Shown here piece by piece: positions 1 to 12,645 of a stretch of DNA of 64,000 bases (the stretch's first letter is position 1; each line of letters begins with the position of its first letter). Under the pieces are notes generated by a model that was not told where the DNA came from, did no database searches, and saw nothing but the letters and a program-made list of their open reading frames with translations. This DNA is from Heptranchias perlo. Taxonomy: Eukaryota. Where the stretch lies: the NCBI RefSeq assembly GCF_035084215.1, contig NC_090348.1, positions 9,796,001 to 9,860,000 of the forward strand. Reading direction: 5' to 3'. A program made the position numbers and the translations under genes.

Positions 1-112
1 TGGAATCCAAATTCTCAAACTGCCATGGTGGGATTTAAACTCATGTTCACTGGATTATTAGTCCAGGGCCTGGTGTTTACTAGTCCAGGAACATAACCAC
101 TACACTACCACA
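1..112 (-). mobile_element. 5' tRNA-like head of a SINE (same family as the satellite-hosting SINE), cut by the window edge
   Basis: Minus strand reads GGTAGTGTAGTGGTTATGTTCCTGGACTAG (A-box-like) then GTTTAAATCC (B-box-like). Aligns by eye with 15715-15820. Confidence 0.75.
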
Positions 113-587
113 CCACATCATTTGATAACAATGACTGTGATGATCAATATATACGGATCCCACTTTGATCCACCAACTATTAAAGGTACCTGAACAAGGC
201 CTTGTTTTGCTGCAGTAGGCTACGTCTTAAAGGACCGGCACATGAAGCAACGTGCTGGCTCCTATCAACATCTCTGTAATCAGTAAAAACACATATCCAG
301 AACTTTCTAAAGAGGAAAAATGGTTTCTATAAATATCCTCACAAAGCAATAAACAATGTTCAAATTCCTTGTGGCCACATTTGGCTGTAGGAGAGCCTGT
401 CGTCTTCAAAAATATATTAATTTTGAAACTTACGCAATTGGTCAAGCCCAACCCTATGTCCATTAGAGTGGATTAACCAGCTGAAACTAACTATGATTAC
501 CGGCAGCCTGCCAGTAGATCCATGGTACGTCAGTTCTCAGGCCTTACGAAATTTTAGGCACTTCTTTAAACATAATACAAGAATAAC

Positions 588-750
588 ATCAACCTGCATT
601 TATATAGCGCCTTTAACGTAGTAAAACATCCCAAGACAATTCACAGGAGCGTTATCGGACAAAATTTGACACCGAGCCACATAAAGAGATACTAGGATAG
701 GTGGCCAAAAGCTTGGTCAAAGAGGTAGGTTTTAAGGAACACCTTACAAG
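588..750 (-). mobile_element. L2 LINE 3' end fragment
   Basis: CTGCATTTATATAGCGCCTTTAAC...CCAAAAGCTTGGTCAAAGAGGTAGG; similar to the L2 fragments at 36722 and 56780. Confidence 0.7.
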
Positions 751-1115
751 TGGTGAGAATTCTGTAATGAGACGCTTGACCAAGTCTCCAGAGCAAATAT
801 GGATATCTAGAGCAGATAAAACTGTGACTTTTCCAAAATCTAGTGAACAGTGAGTCTAATTGCAAATACAAGGCTGATTATGGAGTGGGATGATTGCATT
901 ATGTGAGACAGTTACACAAAATAAATTGTCCGTCTTATGCACTTGTGAGTCTTGACGATAACCCTCCCTTCGCTTGGTTGCCCAAGTCTTTGTTAGCTCT
1001 TACTTTCTCCAATGTCCCCTTTGCTTTGTTATTATTTCATATATTAAAAACAGTGACATGGGATCAGGAAGGCTAGACTGATTTTTTTTTCTTGTTATGT
1101 AGCTAAAAATCTAAG

Positions 1116-1518
1116 ACTTTGCATTTACACCTCATTCCATCCTTAGGACATCTCAACAGTGTATTGATGGACTGTAAATCTTTTGTTACATAGGCAAATG
1201 CTGCGGTCAATCCACATACAGCAAGATCTTGAAAATAGCGATGAGATAAATGAACCGCTGGTCTGTTTTGGTGGTGTTGGTTGAAGGAGCAATTTTGGCC
1301 AGGACACCAGAACTTCCTGCTCTTCAAGTTAGCCATAGGATCTTGAACGTGCACCTGAACAAGCAAATGGTGCCTCCGCACCTTTAACAATACAGTGCTC
1401 CCTCAGCACTGCACTGAAATATCAGCCCGGAACATGCACTCGAGTCCTGGAGTGGTACTTGAACCCACATCCTTCTGGCTTCGAGGTAAGAGTGCTACCA
1501 ACTGAGTTCAGCTAACAC
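1116..1518 (-). mobile_element. Diverged DeuSINE (SacSINE1-like)
   Basis: tRNA-like head (rc of TTGAACCCAC...GTGCTACCAACTGAG) and a central GGCCAGGACACC..CCTGCTCTTC block shared with the other copies. Confidence 0.7.
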
Positions 1519-1539
1519 AAGTTATTAAATTAGACAACG

Positions 1540-1615
1540 CTTTCAAAGAGCCGACACAGGCGCAACGGGCCGAATGGCCTCCTTCTATGCTGTAAGATTC
1601 TATGATTCTATGAAT
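1540..1615 (+). mobile_element. CR1 LINE 3' tail
   Basis: GGGCCGAATGGCCTCCTTCT hairpin followed by the (ATTCTATG)n terminal repeat typical of CR1. Confidence 0.75.
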
Positions 1616-2024
1616 CTAAGTTCAAATGCTACACTCAAGTAACATTCACAATTGGACTACTCTTGGGGAGACAGCCTTGGCAACCTCATTCTGGTTCATC
1701 TGGAGCAGGAAATTCTCTGGGAAGAGTCCTGTTTCTGCATTGTATCTTCAGGATGGGGGAGGGGGAACAGGATTGTCAGGGAAACATTTCAACAGCATCT
1801 GGGGAAAGATGCAAGCTGGAATTTACCATTGTCCTGACTGAGCGGAAGCAGGGAGGAGAGCCAAGAAGTGATAGAAAAGTCTACTGAAGAGCAGCACAGT
1901 TTACAGTGAATAGGATCGGCCAACAAACTCTCCCAACTCTGGAGAGTCTGGGAGAAAAAAAAATGGAAAAGATCTAAAGTTAAAGGAATGAATAAATATA
2001 CAGTATATTATATAGGGGGGAGAA

Positions 2025-2122
2025 ACGTCTAGTCATGATCCTCCAGCCATCATAGTGTGGGGCAGGCTTGGTGGACCAGCTGGTCTTTTCCGACTCGTCA
2101 ATTTTGTATGTTTGTATGTAAG
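2025..2122 (+). mobile_element. CR1-like 3' tail fragment
   Basis: GGACCAGCTGGTC hairpin followed by a TTGTATGT tandem tail. Confidence 0.5.
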
Positions 2123-2350
2123 CTATGAAAATAAGCCTGTTTACTTTTGATGCCATCTTGCTGAGTATGAGGAGATCAAGATCAGCCTCAAAGTTTAGCA
2201 ACACTCTACAGCAACGTCCAGCTTCAGAGCACACCACACCATCATCAGGTGCTGCTCCATTTCAGAGGAAGTGAATATGCACATAAATACTATTCATTCA
2301 TTAGCACTTTCATTATATAAATGGACAATGACGTACTAGGTGCTTCAACA

Positions 2351-2688
2351 CAGGGGTGTTCAATCTGCGGCCTTTTTACCACAGAGTCTTTAAGCTCTGG
2401 CACTCCAGTCCTTGAAGCCCAAGATACTAAATGCTACCTGCACCAATATTTTTTATTCGCTGGTTTGTTCTGTTTGAACTATGTGGGCCTAGGGGATTAG
2501 AAAGGGCTCTTCTTAGTGCTGTTGCCTCACTGATGAGTAAATCCTAAACCAGAACACCGAGATCTGCAAGTATCAACAACTTGAGATATAAGTAAATTAA
2601 TAAGAATACATTAATTTAAATGTGTGGTCCTGAGGCTCCATGGCAGGCACCCATGTGACCGAGGGAAACAAAAGCTTAGACACCCTTA
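2351..2688. mobile_element. Possible decayed hAT (Charlie-like) MITE
   Basis: Left end CAGGGGTGTTCAA; right end TTAGACACCCTTA is a degenerate reverse complement. No clean 8-bp TSD. Confidence 0.35.
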
Positions 2689-3579
2689 CCTTAGTAGTGA
2701 AAATACTCAACTGCTAATCTGACCACCCTATGCCTCTGGATTAGAAGACTACGACAGAATGAGGAAACTCTAACCAAATATTCTGAAATGGCTTCAAACC
2801 TAGGTTGTCGTGGTGAAATGACAGAGGCAACTTGTATTATCATCCAATTCACCAGAAATAGACATGTTATTTTAAATGTTTTAAATGCAAAACCAACCAT
2901 CATCAATAATAAAGGCAGTTCTGTTATTTTGTTTTCTGTGGGTTTTCTTTCAAATCAACGAGTGACGATATTGAATGCATATTAACAATGCTTTTTAATT
3001 TTCATCGGACAAGATCAACAAGGATCAAATAATATTTCAAAGACTACAAAATACAAGTCAAGTTTTCAACCCTGATGTAATTCTAGGATCACCAGAAAGT
3101 TCAAGAACAAATGGCAATAATGTCTTTTCAGCTGACCATAAGATTGGAATGTAGCAACTAGAGGCCCATTTGGCCCACCTAACTCATGTAGAGGACCCAT
3201 TGGAACATTTTCATCTCCCAATGTTGGCGCCAAGTCAGGAATCTGTCCATTTATTTTTGGAAGGCTTTACTGAGTCCGTAATCGATGATAATCTAGTCCA
3301 TAAGTTAACAGCTCAGAAAATGAAGTATGAGGGGTAAATTTTACTAGTTAGCATTTCCAGTAACGAGAGGGCAAATCGGTCCATCAGGTGTGGAGGTCAG
3401 CATTCCAGACTCATGGCTATTCTGATTTTCTGGTCATTAAAATTGATAACTGGGAATGCCGCAAATTGGCACTGGCCTTTGTGCCATATTGTCCAATATG
3501 TCCTCCAGTTGAGCAACGCTCCATACTGGGAGCATTTGCTGATTAAATTAACTCAGTTCTTCCCTGTATATATAGTACA

Positions 3580-5622
3580 TTTTTTCTTTATTCATTCAAG
3601 GGATGTGGGCATCGCTGGTAAGGCCAGCATTTATTGCCCACCTCTAATTGCCCTTGAGAATGTGGTGGTGAGCCGCCTTCTTGAACCGCTGCAGTCTGTA
3701 TGGTGAAGGTTCTCCCACAATGCTGTTAGTTAGGGAGTTCCGGGATTTTGACCCAGCGATGATGAAAGAACGGCGATATATTTCCAAGTCAGGGTGTGTG
3801 ACTTGGAGGGGAACGTGCAAGTGGTGGTGTTCACATGTGCCTGCTGCCATTATCCTTCTAGGTGGTAGAGGTCACGGGTTTGGGAGGTGCTGTCGAAGAA
3901 GCCTTGGTGAGTTGCTGCCGTGCATCTTGCAGATGGTACACACTGCAGCCACGGTGCACCGGTGGTGGAGGGAATGAATGTTTAGGTGGATGGGGTGCCA
4001 ATCAAGCGGACTGCTTTGTCCTGGATGATGTCGAGCTTCTTGAGTGTTGTTGGAGCTGCACTCACCCAGGCAAGTGGAGAGTATTCCATCACACTCCTGA
4101 CTTGTGCCTTGTAGTTGGTAGAAAGGCTTTGGGGAGTCAGGAGGTGAGTCACTCGCTGCAGAATACCCAGCCTCTGGCCTGCTCTTGTAGCCACAGTATT
4201 TATGTGGCTGGTCCAGTTAAGTTTCTAGTCAATGGTGACCAGCAGGATGTTGATGGTGGGGAATTCGGTGATGGTAATGCCATTGAATGTCAAGAGGGGG
4301 TGGCTGGACTCTCTTTTTGGAGATGGTCATTGCCTGGCACTTGTCTGGTGTGAATGTTACTTGCCCTTATCAGCCTGGATGTTGTCCAGGTCATGCTGCA
4401 TGCGGGCACGGACTGCTTCATTATCTGAGGGGTTGCAAATGGAACTGAACACTGCAATCATCAGCGAACATCCCCACTTCTGACCTTATGATGGAGGGAA
4501 GGTCATTGATGAAGCAGCTGAAGATGGTTGGGCCTAGGACACTGCCCTGAGGAACTCCTGCAGTGATGTCCTGGGTTGAGATGATTCTCTTCCAACAACC
4601 ATGACCATCTTCCTTTGTGCGAGGTATGACTCCAGCCACTGGAGAGTTTTCTTCCTAATTCCCATTGACTTCAAATTTACTCAGACTCCTTAGTGCCACA
4701 CTCGGTCAAATGCTGCCTGGATGTCAAGGGCAATCACTCTCACCTCACCTCTGGAATTCAGCTCTTTTGTCCATGTTTGGACCAAGGCTGTAATGAGGTC
4801 TGGAGCTGAGTGGTCCTGGCGGAACCCAAACTGAGCATTGGTGAGTAAGTGCCCCTTGATAGCACTGACGACGACACCTTCCATCACTGTGCTGATGATT
4901 GAGATTAGGCTGATGGGGCGGTAATTGGCCGGTTTGGATTTTTCTTGCTTTTTGTGGACAGGACACACCTTGGCAATTTTTCACTTGTCGGGTAGATGCC
5001 AGTGTTGTATCTGTACTGGAACAGTTTGGCTTGAGGCGTCGCCAGTTCTGGAGCACAAGACTTCAGCACTACAGCCGGGATGTTGTCGGGGCCCATAGCC
5101 TTTGCCGTATCCAGTGCACTCAGCCGTTTCTTGATGTCATGTGGAGCGAATTGAATTGGCTGAAGACTGGCTTCCGTAATGATGGGGATATCAGGAGGAA
5201 GCCGAGATGGATCATCCACTTGGCACTTCTGGCTGAAGATGGTTGCAAATGCATCAGCCTTGTCTTTTCCACTCACGTGCTGGGTTCTGCCACATTGAGG
5301 ATGGGGATGTTCATGGAGCATCCTCCTCCCGTTAGCTGTTTACTGGATGTGGCAGGACTGCAGAGCTTTGAACTGCTCCATTGGTTGTAGGATCGCTTAG
5401 CCCTGTCTATAGCAAGCTGCTTCCGCTGTTTAGCATGCATGTAGTCCCGTGTTGTAGCTTCACCAGGTTGGCACCTTATTTTTAGGTATGCCTGGTGCTG
5501 CTCCTGGCATGCTTTTCTACACTCCTCATTGAACTAGGGTTGATCCCCTGGCTTGATGGTAATGACAGAGTGAGGGGTATGCCGGGCCATGGGGTTACAG
5601 GTTGTGGTGGAATACAATTCTG
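3580..5622 (-). mobile_element. 5'-truncated, frameshifted CR1-group LINE (RT-bearing ORF2 remnant)
   Basis: Minus-strand ORF pieces carry RT motifs NYRPISL, QFGFR, ALDIQAAFDRVWH, GVPQGSVLGP, FADD and YKAQVRSVMEYS, split over several frames. A-rich 3' end near 3580. Confidence 0.9.
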
Positions 5623-5820
5623 CAACATCTCTTGCAACACAAAGAATTTCTCCACATATACCACACTATTCCCATCAAAATTTAAAACTAGCTTGGGATA
5701 TGCCCCTTCTTCATCTTTCCATTAATAGATTGACCTTCCTATGTAACTCCTCATAGTTCATTGATTTCAGTCCCGGTACCATCCATTGCCAATCTAAGGC
5801 AAACTTCGAAGAGTCAATAC

Positions 5821-6055
5821 TAAAGCAAAATACTGTGGATGCTGGAAATCTGAAATAGAAATAGAAAATGCTGGAAACACTCCGGTCAGACAGCATCAGT
5901 GGAGAGAAACAGAGTTAACGACTCAGGCCAATGACCTTTCATCTTTCGAGGAACAGTGAATATCACAGAGACCTGTAACTTTAACTCTGTTCCTCCCTCC
6001 ACATCTGCTGCCTGACCTGCTGAGTGTTTCCAGCATTGTCTGTTTTTATTTCAAA
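5821..6055. mobile_element. Old palindromic PLE-derived miniature element with decayed hammerhead cores
   Basis: GAAAATGCTGGAAACACTC..CAGCATC..GGAGAGAAACAGAGTTAA is mirrored by TTAACTCTGTT..CTCC..TGCTG..GAGTGTTTCCAGCATT. One-sided extension on the left. Minus strand has GATGAAAGGTCATTGGCCTGAGTCGTT, a degenerate hammerhead-like core. Confidence 0.6.
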
Positions 6056-7184
6056 GATTCAATGTTTATTGTCCAATGGTTTAACAATTTTATGAATCTG
6101 CGGTTTCAAAGTTTGAAAAGTTTTGCACAAAGCACTGTATGTGGAGAAAGCCACAATAAAGGTTTAGCAAGATATGCCGAACTCCAGTGAGCATCTGTTT
6201 AGTTACTAGACTGTGAAACCACCAGATGCTAGAGGACTGGGCGTTCCAGAGCACATTAACTTTTAAAGGTGCACACATTATCCTTTACTTCCATCAGTTA
6301 TTCCAGGAATCTTTGACAGAGAAACCGTTGCCTTGATCTTATGGCCAGATGTGATATCATGAGCAGCATTGTCTTTTGGTTGGGGAAACTCTGAGGCAAC
6401 AGTGCTACTCTTTGAATTCCACGATATCTTCTACTACATTTTACACCAAGTATATAGGCCTGCCAGACTTCAGGACAAATCGTGCATCGCTTTAAAGATT
6501 GAAATGCTTTAATCTATACAGATTCTCAATGTAATCTTATTTGAAGATCACACTGGTCTCTCCAATTTCCATTCAGAACGACATTTGTCCCTCATCACCT
6601 TGGCAATGGCCTAAGTATCTGAATTAGGCCAACGTGGGTTATTGTGAATAACCCATTTTTTTTTGCTTTTGCCTTCTGAATTTGGCTTGGCATCCATACT
6701 CAGTACAATTGACACAGAAACAAGTATTTTTTCAGTAATTATAGCAGAGGAATTGTCGCCTTATATGGATTGCAATTAGCTGTATATGTGGCTTCCTTAA
6801 TGAGACATATAGAAGACAGTGCGAAAGAACACCTGGGACTCACGATCACCGATTTTCTCCATGGAAATGAATAATCCCTGGGGTCTTAACAGAGCCTTCA
6901 GAATCACTCCCGAATGCTGTGGCAGCTGCTAACTATTAGGAGCTAATTCACATATGCATGTTATTGTTTCTATTTTCCACTCATGTGAGTTATCACGTCA
7001 CTAGGAAATGAAAAAAAAATACAGCTCAATCGGCAAAGCCTCCCACTTCAACTGATTATTTTTTGTGGCTCTATAAACTTTTTCACTAGACTGGTTTCGG
7101 GAAGTGAATTCACCCCAATACGTAGACAAATCAGCTGTCACCTGGTTTCCTGGCTGTAGATTTTCTTTCTCTCTATTATAAAGA

Positions 7185-7598
7185 AAAGAAAGACAGACTT
7201 GCACTTATATAGCGCCTTTCATGACTTCAAGATGACTCAAAGCACTTTACAGCCAATTAAATACTTGAAGTGTAGTCACTGTTGTAATATAGGAAACGTG
7301 GCAGCCAATTTGCGCACAGCAAGGTCCCACAAACAGTCATGAGATAATGACCAGATAATCTGTTTTTAGTGATGTTGGCTGAGGGATAAATATTGGCCGG
7401 GACAACGGGGAGAACTCCCCTGCTCTTCTTCGAAATAGTTCCAATGGATCTTTTATGTCCACCTGAGAGGGCAGACAAGGCCTTGGTTTAATGTCTCATC
7501 CAAAAGACGGCACCTCCAACAGTGCAGCACTCCCTCAGTACTGCACTGGTGTGACGGCCTTAGATTTTGTGCTCAATTCTTTGCAGCAAGACTTGAAC
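7185..7598 (-). mobile_element. DeuSINE (SacSINE1-like), head truncated
   Basis: High similarity to the full-length copies at 43308 and 54257; L2-type tail CTTGCACTTATATAGCGCC. Confidence 0.85.
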
Positions 7599-8309
7599 GC
7601 ATCTGTGCTAAGACAGACATTTGCTGCCTTACTGCACACAAAGCAAAATCCCAAGTCATGGCCCCCACTTAGTTCCAGAAGATGTACCATTATACTAAAT
7701 GTCAGTATGAGCTAAAACGTCAGCACAGCTCACCGTCTCTCACTTGCTTTAACAGCCGGGGTTATAACATACCCTGGAAACATTTTCCATAAGCCTTTTG
7801 TTTTCTCTAGTTCACAAATCAGCTTGTGCAAACTTGTTAAGTAAGTTTGTGCAATGGAAAGTACAGCCCATACAATATTTCAAATGTGTGTGACCCTAAA
7901 ACTATGCACAATAAAATATATTGGCATATGTAGACCTTTGGTTTCAGTGCCAGTATTTTTAGAACTAAATTTAAACAGTCTGCTCCAGGCATACAGTATA
8001 AATGGGTTATTCTATTTTGTTTTCAGAAGGTTGAGTGTTGATTGTTGTGGAATATTTGCTGCCACTTTGATGTTACAATGCAGATCAGCAACAATATAAT
8101 GCAATGCCAGCAATGAATCACGAGAGACATCACTAGGACATGACACAGAGACTCAGCTGCTGACTTTGATGTCCCATTTTGATGTCTGTCTTCATGCTTG
8201 CTGCCTGATCAAAAAACTACAGTCTGAAGAAATTTATGAGTCAGGTTCACTTTATTGGACTCTTTTGGTGACACTAATTGGTAGCATCAAGGTTATGAAA
8301 GTTGGCCGT

Positions 8310-8415
8310 GCTTTCTTTGGAGAAAGAGAAAAACTTCAAGGTGACTTTAACAAAGTTTTTAAGATCGGTAAGGGGAATGACAAAGTTGATCAAGAGAAAT
8401 GTTTCCTTCTTTGAA
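8310..8415 (+). mobile_element. Old CR1 ORF2 C-terminal fragment
   Basis: Translates KLQGDFNKVFKIGKGNDKVDQEKCF, matching LRGDLIEVFNMLKGFNRVDTEEVF in the CR1 at 55270-55704. Confidence 0.55.
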
Positions 8416-8489
8416 CCCTTCAACACAAGAGACGTGGCAAATTAAAAATGAGGAAACTTGGAGTAAAACGGAAGCAAAAAGGAAAAGGA

Positions 8490-8922
8490 AAAAAAATTAA
8501 ATTTAGAATTTGATATTTTTAAAATCTCCAACAATAATTGAAACCTGAAGGAATGAGACTCCACAGTTGTAATAGTTAATTTTCAGTACCAGAGGGGTTT
8601 GGCAGTAATTAACACTTATCACATCGTTAAAAGGGTACTTAGACTGGAATGGACAAGACTTAACTTTCTGTGGTAACTTTAGTTCGTATCTACTGTGCAA
8701 ATACAGCAATTTCATGCCATTCAATGCATTTCAATGGTGAGTCTAGCAGCGAGACGTCGTTTTCGAAGCTAACGACGGAGCAGTGCAACTCGGACAGCAA
8801 CTTTTGGAAATTTGAGTTTAACCGCACATCTGCACCACCCCTGAAGTTGCTGTACTATTTGCGCATAAGTAACTGTGAGCGCCATGAGGCTCACCGTTAT
8901 TTTGGCAGGAAAATCTGGGTCA
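8490..8922. mobile_element. Partial PIF/Harbinger-like MITE
   Basis: Ends in GAAAATCTGGGTC, resembling the AAAATTGAGCCC-type termini of other MITEs here. The partner end was not found. Confidence 0.35.
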
Positions 8923-8969
8923 TTATAATGATTCAGGTCAAAGACACCTCCTTCCACCATACTTTGGCC

Positions 8970-9970
8970 GACCCAAACTTGAACCCAACCTCTAGGATTT
9001 GACAGTATTGAAATGAACACAATATCCTGGTGATACTTTGCTAGTGGCTGATAACAGTATTCACTTTTTAGTGAAGCTGCTTTCACCTCCTTTCAGTAGA
9101 AGCTTTGTCTAATATCACTGGTAAAGGTCTCTGTTCCCAATTGATGTCATTAACCAGTGACCCAAACCTGAATAAATACGGAAGGGAATGGTGTTTTAGT
9201 GAAAAGTTTCTAGAGATGCAATTTCCAGATGTGGTCACTAAAAACATTTGTCGTTATTTGGTATGAAAGGGGTACCAGTACCTCAGGCGGGGATTTTTGG
9301 CCAGAATTGGCCTTGAACAGACAACTCTGAAACCTCGCCTCTACATTGTATGTTAAGTCTCGTACATTATTTACAGCATGGAAGAGGCCAAGTCTGCTGC
9401 AGTGCGACCGTCATTTTTTAAAATTAAAATAATAAATTAGAACAATAGACAATCAGCTGTGCAGTGACATAAACAAATGATTGATTAGATGATCAGGTTC
9501 TCCTCAGTTGAGAAACGATGTAGTTTAGAAACAATAGTAAAGGAGCTCCCCAATGATTCAGTTGGTAAATACGATGGCAAGTGTTGAACGAGCCGTAGGG
9601 ACCAGGAAGATCCTAGAAACACTGTTCGGTCTGTGTTGAACTAGCTGATCTTGGCCAGGGTGATAACAAGGAGTACAACTGGCCTCAGCATCCTTAGACT
9701 GAGGTGGTGGTAAATCAGCCACACCTGATTGCTATCTAGTGACCACTGTTTGAAAATGCATGGGTTTGGATGTCAGGGGAGGATTGCAAGTGACTAGGCT
9801 TTAGTTTGGAATAGACTGCCAATACCTTGACCAGAGACACTTAACTAGGCATCTACTGCGATGTAGTGAAGCAAACATCACTAAGTAGTAAATACTGTTA
9901 CCAATTGTTAGCAAAATATCACCAGGATATTCTATTTATTTCAATCCACGGTTGGTTTCAATTTTGGGTC
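8970..9970. repeat. ~110-bp degenerate inverted repeats 1 kb apart (probable ancient DNA transposon)
   Basis: 8970-9087 matches the reverse complement of 9866-9970 (GACCCAAA.TTGAA.CCAACC; AATATCCTGGTGATA.TTTGCTA; TAACAGTATT). Confidence 0.7.
9541..9840 (+). mobile_element. LF-SINE-like SINE, diverged
   Basis: Blocks GACCAGGAAG..GGTCTGTG..TAGCTGATCT..ACAACTGGCCTCAG..AAATCAGCCA..CCTGATTGCTATC.AGTGACC follow the order I recall for the LF-SINE consensus. Confidence 0.55.
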
Positions 9971-10015
9971 ACAAAACTTGGCTCATACATGGAGGCATAG
10001 ACAGCCATTGTTAAA

Positions 10016-10300
10016 GTAATGTAATGGTTATGATACTGGACTAACAACCCAGAGATCATGAATTCACAACTCCACCATGGCAAGTTACACAACATTTCGT
10101 CACTAATGTCATTCAGGACACTGCCACCTCTACCTGATCAAAGCGACATGTGACTCTAGTCCATCATACAAGGTTGACTCTTAACGCCCTCTGAAGTAGC
10201 CTAGCAAAAGCCACCCTGTTAAACATGTTATCGTTATTGACTAGTCAGACCCATTATCACCTTCGCTGGGCTACTAAATAAGGTCTTGTTATCATAGACC
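10016..10300 (+). mobile_element. Diverged copy of the tRNA-SINE family that hosts the satellite
   Basis: Head GTAATGTAATGGTTATGATACTGGACTA...CCACCATGGCA; body mirrors 15455-15790. Confidence 0.65.
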
Positions 10301-10468
10301 TGAAACCTCAGCAGAGCAGAGAAGAAAATTGGGACAAGAAAAATGGTAGAAGTGTGTATAGTGAGATACTTTGATGACATCTACTCTTTAAACGATCCAA
10401 CTCTGAAACAGATTTATTGTTTGTAATTCATCCCAATGACCAAACTGTCTAGTTACAAGAGGAATATT

Positions 10469-11198
10469 GAGCTCGATTTTCCTGGGAAATTGCGGGTGCG
10501 TTGGGGGCTCCAAAAATCGGAGAAATCCCATCCGGGCTCAGAAGCTGGCTCCAACCCACCGACTTCCAAGTTCCCCACAGATGCACCTGTGTGCGCGCGG
10601 GCGTCCCGAGTCCGAAAGTCCCGCCGGCTTAAAGAGCCAAATGTACCTCATTGAGGTACTTCAGGCACTTTACTTGTGACATATTAGGTAGTTGGAATGA
10701 TTTTCAACTTACCTGGGCGGCTTGCCCACCACTTCTGATTCACGCCCGGTAAAACCAGACGTGAAGGGCCGCACCAGGCAAAAAGAAACAAAATAAATTA
10801 AATAAAAAACCATTGCACGAAGTTAAAACACAAAATCAACCTACCTTTCCACCCTGCCCCGCTGTCCAACGTCTCCCTCTCCGATCTCCCCTGATGTCCC
10901 CCTGATCTTCCCCTCTTCATGCCACCCGATGTCCCCCCTTCAACCCCGATCTTCCCCTCTTCACCCCCAATCTTACCCTCTCCCCTCCCGATCGTCCCCT
11001 CTCCACCGCCCCCTCCCGATCTTCTATTCCAGTGCCGGATGCCAATCAGGCTGGTTGCCGGGCCCGAAACCCGGAGAGCACGTTAATCAATTACAATGCG
11101 ATCGCCTCAGAAACGGTAAGTTTAATTTATGCGAGTTTGGCACGCGCACCTTCACCCACCCCCCGCTGCCAACCCACCACCATTACAAAATTGAGTCC
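10469..11198. mobile_element. GC-rich PIF/Harbinger-like MITE
   Basis: TIR pair GAGCTCGATTTT / AAAATTGAGTCC; internal CCCGAT repeats; blocks shared with 47512-48298. Confidence 0.65.
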
Positions 11199-12450
11199 TT
11201 TGTCTCATTAGAAGTGAGGCTGTTTGGAATCATTTTCCAAGCAAAATCACAGCCAAAGTATTTAATGCTGATGAATAGCATTAGTAATTACAATTAAAAA
11301 ATTGCAGATTTAATTCTGAATCTAGCCATTAGCTATGGGTGAAAAGTTTTCCCGGTAAGTAACATATTTGTTCAGGATGTTTTGCCATGTGTAAACCTAT
11401 CTAGTAATTGAACTATGACTATCAACGGCATTCAGAAGATTTACCCCATGGCTTGTTTGATATCTTATGAATCCAATTGGTCTAAGTATAAATCCAGCCC
11501 CGGCATTTCATTGAAAAGTTTCTGAGGAAAACAAGACTCAAGGATATCCTCGGGTTAGAACTTGACCCATAAAAACACAGAAATAAAGGATTTAAGAGGG
11601 ATTTTTTTTGCTTTTGCTCGGCAAGAGACTGTGCCTAATCTGAGAGATTATGGGTAAGATGCTCCTGGTAGTGTAAGATGTGATGAGAGGCTGAACTTGT
11701 GAACTGTCCACGTCAAACTAGAAGAGGTCATTGAATTACTGGTATATTAGTACCAGATATGGAATTTGTAACATCTGCAGTAAGAACAAGATGCTGTATA
11801 AAGAAAACCCTGTTATGAGGGCTCCACTGCTTTAGTCTTTCTGGACTGTTTGCAATTACAAAATGATTTACTACCTACTTTACGTAACAATTTTCACGAT
11901 TACAATATTAAACATTTTGGTTCATTTTGTTCAGCAAGTTGCAATATCTTAAAAATACATTGTAAAATACTTTGAAGGAACAAACTAGCAAAAAGCTGTT
12001 ATGAAAGGTCAGGGAACTGACATCCAACTCAGAGCTGACTGAAGAAGTTATACATTATAATCCATCATTTCCTGTACAAAAGACAATGCTGGAAAAGAGA
12101 AGGAACGAAGGGAGAGAAAGAAGGAAGGATAAATAAATAAAGGAAGAAAAGGAAGGAGGAAAAAAATGGAAAGGAGGAATAAAAAGGAAAAATGCGAAGC
12201 AAAGGAACAATGCGCTATACCAAGTATGTGTACAACTTATAATCACCTCCTCCACACTGTGTTGACATTCTTCAGTATCATCAATGGCCATGCACTCTCA
12301 GCCATCCCCTGCAAGTATTCCTTAACTCGGATCCCTACATGCTTTCATCCCACCAAAAGCTTTATGGTTATGTAATTGATCGGTTCATGCACCTGTCATC
12401 ATCTCCACCACAGACTGGGTTTCACTACATTCTCACCCTTTCCTGTTATT

Positions 12451-12645
12451 ATGTGGAGATGCCGGTGATGGACTGGGGTGGACAAATGTAAGGAGTCTTA
12501 CAACACCAGGTTATAGTCCAACAGCTTTATTTGGAATCACAAGCTTTCGGAGCTTTTCACCTGACGAAGGAGGAAAGCTCCGAAAGCTTGTAATTCCAAA
12601 TAAAGCTGTTGGACTATAACCTGGTGTTGTAAGACTCCTTACATT
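12451..12645. mobile_element. Miniature palindromic Penelope-like insertion (tail + inverted pLTR ends)
   Basis: ~73-bp inverted arms (12484-12556 and ~12574-12646). Left tail matches the reverse complement of 42661-42694 with 1 mismatch. TSD TTTCCTGTT(A/G)TT at 12439-12450 and 12646-12657. Confidence 0.9.
12557..12593 (+). ncRNA. Minimal type I hammerhead ribozyme motif
   Basis: TCAC-CTGACGA-A-GGAG gaaag CTCC-GAAA-GC-TT-GTAA: core CUGANGA/GAAA, stem II GGAG/CTCC, palindromic AAGCTT in place of stem III, one stem I mismatch. Confidence 0.75.

Noticed and set aside
8010-8100. Possible splice acceptor and exon (TTTTGTTTTCAG)
   Set aside because: The frames I read close quickly and give no recognisable protein; unsupported without transcript data.
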